Positions 60,150 to 64,000 of a DNA stretch of 64,000 nt are shown here, one piece after another. The DNA is from Hypanus sabinus (Eukaryota). Position 1 is the first letter of the stretch, and each line of letters begins with the position of its first letter. The stretch covers positions 26,846,001 through 26,910,000 of the forward strand of contig NC_082708.1 of the NCBI RefSeq assembly GCF_030144855.1, given 5' to 3'. Below the pieces are notes generated by a model. That model saw only the letters and a list, made by a program, of their open reading frames with translations, was not told where the DNA came from and did not search any database. A program made the translations under genes and the position numbers.

Positions 60150-62060
60150 TACCCATCTAACGGGATCCCACCAAGGAGTGCCAGGCAATGGTCTCCCACT
60201 CAATCACTGACCTTGTTATCTCAGGGGATCACCCATCCACTGCCACCAACCTCATTGTTTGTGCACCTCACTCCTCCCGTTTCTACCTCCTACTCAAGAT
60301 CCACAATCTTGTCTGTCCAGGTAGGCCCATTATTTCTGCTTGTTCCTGCCCCACTGAGCTCATTTCTACAGGCATCGACTCAGGTTTATCCCCCTGGTTC
60401 AGTCCTTTCCTATCCACATCCGTGACACTTCACACACTCTTGATCTTTTCAATAATTTCAAGTTCCATGGCCCTGAGTATCTTTATTTTCACTATGGATG
60501 TCCAGTCCCTATACACCTCCATCCCCTACCAGGAAGGCCTCAAAGCTCTTTGTTTCTTTCTGGACCCCAGACCCAACCAGTTCCCCTCCACCACCACTCT
60601 CCTCCATCTAGCGGAACTTGCCCTCACTTTCAATAATTTCTCTTTTGGCTCCTCCCACTTCCTTCACACAAAAGACACTCATATGTCCCAGCTCTGCATG
60701 CCTTTTTGTTGGCTACATGGAACAGTCTATGTTCCAAGCCTACACTGGTGTCACTCCCTAACTTTTCCTATGCTGCATTGATGATTGCTACATTGACTTC
60801 ATCAACTTTGCCTCCAACTTCCACACTGTCTTCAAATTTACGCAGTCCATTTTTGACACCTCCCTCCCCCTTTCTCATTCTCTCAATGACTGTCTCTGGA
60901 GACAGCTTAAAGACTGATGTCTGTAATAAACCCATTGACTCTCACCCTGTTACATGTAAAAATGCCCACTTCTCTCAATTCCCCTGTTTCCACCACATCT
61001 GCTCTCAGGATGAGGCTGTTCATTCCAGATGTCCTCCTTCAAAGAAAGGGGCTTCCCTTCTCCACCATCAACACTGCCCTCAACCGCATCTCTTCCATTT
61101 TGTGCATGTCTGCCCTCACCCCATCCTCTTGCCACCCCACCAGGGATAGGGTTCCCCTTGTCCTCACCTACCACTCCACCAGCCTCCACATTGGGCACAT
61201 AATTCTCCGGAACTTCTGCCATCTCCAACAGGGTCCCAACCACAAAGCACATCTTTCCCTCCCTCCCACTTTCTGCTTTCCCCGGGGATCGCTCCCTACG
61301 CGACTTCCTTGTCCATTCATCCCTCCCACTGATCTCCCACCTGGCACTTACCCTTGCAAGCAGAACAAGTGCTACACCTGCCCCTAGACCTCCTCCCTCA
61401 CCTCCATTCAGAGTCCCAAACAGTCCTTCCCAGTGAGGCGACACTTGACCTGTGAGTCTGTTATGGTCATCTACTGTGTCTGGTGCTCCCAGTGTGGCCT
61501 CTTGTATATCGGTGAGACTGACGCAGATTGAGAAAGCACTTCACTGAGCACCTACGCTCCATCTACTAGAAAAAGCCAGATCTCTAAGAGGCCACCCATT
61601 CCCATTCCCATTCTGAAATGTCCATTCATGGCCTCCTCTACTGCCACGATGAGGCCACACTCAGTTTAGAGGAACAACACCTTATATTCCGTCTGGGCAG
61701 CCTCCAACCTGATGGCATGATCATTGATGTCTTGAACTTCTGGTAATTGCCCCTCACCCTTCACCAATCCCCATTCCCATTTCCCTCTCTCTATCTCCTT
61801 ACCTGCCCATCACCTCCCTCTGGTGCTCCTCCTACTCTTCATTCTTTCATGGCCTTCTGTCCTCTCCTATCAGATTCCCCCTTCTCCAGTCCTGTATCTC
61901 TTTCACCAATCAACTTCCCAGTTCCTTACTTAATCCTGCCCCACACCCCCCCCCCCCCGGTTTCACCTCTCACCTTGTGTTTCTCCCCACGTTGTAACTC
62001 TGACTCCCCGTCTTTTTTTCTCCAGTCCTGCTGAAGGGTCTTGGCCTGAAACATTGACTG
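60150..62060 (+). mobile_element. Penelope-like element, degenerate RT plus GIY-YIG endonuclease, ending in a hammerhead-like motif
   Basis: FYLLLKIH..PGRPIIS..PTE, TMDVQSLYTSIP, LTFNNFSF; GIY-YIG region near 61450-61520 (VIYC..CS.CGLLYIGET); terminal CAGUC-CUGCUGA...GAAACAUU-GACUG at 62023-62060. Confidence 0.85.
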
Positions 62061-62119
62061 CACTCTTTTGGTTGATAATTGGTGAGTGCTGTATTGCATG
62101 GAGGGGAGGACGCTGTATT

Positions 62120-63050
62120 AGAACATAGAAGATAGAATAGTACAGCACAGTACAGGCCCTTCAACCCATAATGCTGTGCTGACACTTAAACCCTGCCTCC
62201 CATATAACCCCCCACCTTAAATTCCTCCATTACCCTGTCTAGTAGTCTCTTAAATTTCACTAGTGTATCGGCCTCCACCACTGACTCAGGCAGTGCATTC
62301 CACGCACCAACCACTCTCTGAGTAAAAAACCTTCCTCTAATATCCCCCTTGAACTTCCCTCCCCTTACCTTAAAGCCATGTCCTCTTGTATTGAGCAGTG
62401 GTGCCCTGGGGAAGAGGCATTGGCTGTCCACTTTATCCATTCCTCTTAACACCTTGCATACCTCTATCATGTCCCCTCTCATCCTCCTCTCCAGAGAGTA
62501 AAGCCCTAGCTCCCTTAATCTCTGATCATAATGCACACTCTCCAAACCAGGCAGCATCCTGGTAAATCTCCACTATACCCTTTCCAATGCTTCCACATCC
62601 TTCCTATAGTGAGGCGACCCGAACTGGACACAGTACTCCAAGTGTGGCCTAACCAGAGTTTTATGAGCTGCATCATTACCTCGCAACTCTTAAACTCTAT
62701 TCCTCGACTTTTGAAAGCTAACACCCCATAAGCTTTCTTAACTACCCTATCTACCTGTGAGGCAAGTTTCATGGGTCTGTGGACATGTATCCCCAGATCC
62801 CTCTGCTCCTCCGCACTACCAAGTATCCTGCCATTTACTTTGTACTCTGCCTTGGAGTTTGTCCTTCCAAAGTGTACCACCTCACACTTCTCTGGGTTGA
62901 ACTCCATCTGCCACTTCTCAGCCACTTCTGCATCCTATCAATGTCTCTCTGCAATCTTCAACAATCCTCAACACTATCCGCAACACCACCAACCTTTGTG
63001 TCATCTGCAAACTTGCCAGCCCACCCTTCTACCCCCACAACCAGGTCGTT
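62120..63050 (-). mobile_element. Young CR1 LINE 3' fragment
   Basis: ORFs WQMEFNPEKCEVVHFG and LYSLERRMRGDMIEV..FFTQRVVGAWNALP. Confidence 0.9.
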
Positions 63051-63257
63051 AATAACTCCACTCCAAGAGCATTCACTCCAAGAGTTTGCCCTCCTTGCCT
63101 TTGCAATGTGCTTCCACCATAGATCTTTACAAAAATCACGTTTTCCTCCGCCTTTTGTGTCTTCCCCGCTTTCTTTACCCACTTTAGTAACCATGCCTCC
63201 CAAGCTCTTGAAATTTCCTTCTCAAACTTTTTTGTTTTCTACTAAGAGCAAATGAAA

Positions 63258-64000
63258 ATGGACAAAGGAGAGCCGTGGATGTAGTGTATCTGGACTTCCA
63301 GAAAGCTTTTGATGAAGTCCCACATAGGAGATTAGTGGGCAAAATTAGGGCACATGGTATTGGGGGCAGAGTACTGACATGGATTGAAAATTGGCTGGCT
63401 GACAGGAAACAAAGAGTAGCGATTAACGGATCCCTTTCGGAAGGGCAGACTGTGACCAGTGGGGTACCGCGAGGTTCGGTGCTGGGACCGCAGCTGTTTA
63501 CAATATACATTAATGATTTAGATGAAGGCATTAAAAGTAACATTAGCAAATTTGCCAATGACACAAAACTGGGTGGCAGTGTGAAATGTCAGGAGAATGT
63601 TATGAGAATGCAGGGTGACTTGGACAGGTTGGGTGAGTGGGCAAATGTATGGCAGATGCAGTTTAATGTGGATAAATGTGAGGTTATCCACTTTGGTGGC
63701 AAGAACAGGAAGGCAGATTACTATCTAAATTGAGTCAAGTTAGGAAAAGGGGAAGGACAATGAGATCTAGGTGTTCTTGTACATCAGTCAATGAAAGCAA
63801 GTATACAGGTACAGCAGGCAGTGAAGAAAGCTAATGGCATGCTGGCTTTTATAACAAGAGGAATTGAGTATAGGAGTAAAGAGGTCCTTCTGCGGCTGTA
63901 CAGGGCCCTGGTGAGACCCCACCTGGAGTATTGTGTACAGTTTTGGTCTCCAAATTTGAGGAAGGACATTCTTGCTATTGAGGGAGTGCAGCATAGGTTC
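63258..64000 (+). mobile_element. CR1 LINE RT fragment running off the window
   Basis: [48 protein letters not shown]. Confidence 0.92.

Noticed and set aside
63053-63257. Spacer between two divergent CR1 fragments as a chimeric or twin-primed element
   Set aside because: The fragments overlap in RT coverage and look like different subfamilies; no shared TSD is visible and the spacer could not be assigned
53900-64000. MITD1 terminal exons expected downstream of LIPT1 by synteny
   Set aside because: No MITD1-like peptide was found on the minus strand; the region is almost entirely TE-derived

Overview
Repeat-rich vertebrate genomic DNA. The repeat complement (CR1, Rex1/Babar, Penelope, V-SINE, Gypsy, Tc1) suggests a cartilaginous fish, probably a ray; this is inference. 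Two genes are recognisable: LIPT1 (single coding exon, +, 52590-53717) and a C2orf15-like microprotein (-, 23700-23984). The first exons of a minus-strand gene leave the window to the left from a CpG/CCAAT/RFX promoter at ~7.0-7.5 kb; it is plausibly TSGA10 by synteny but not recognisable from its peptide. Two less obvious signals stand out. (1) Between the two CpG promoters lies what looks like a large, decayed, multi-exon minus-strand gene (~8.0-47.6 kb). Its GT/AG-bounded exons chain with compatible phases, carry scattered stop codons and transposon insertions, and enclose the intact C2orf15-like exon on the same strand. (2) Many short palindromic, TSD-flanked Penelope-derived elements carry a minimal type I hammerhead ribozyme motif (CAGUC-CUGAUGA-stem II-GAAA-CG-UC-GACUG). 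Also present: a near-intact Tc1 element with 214-bp TIRs, nested Gypsy elements and a 54-bp tandem repeat. All calls were made by eye with no database searches, and transposon boundaries are approximate unless TSDs or TIRs are quoted.
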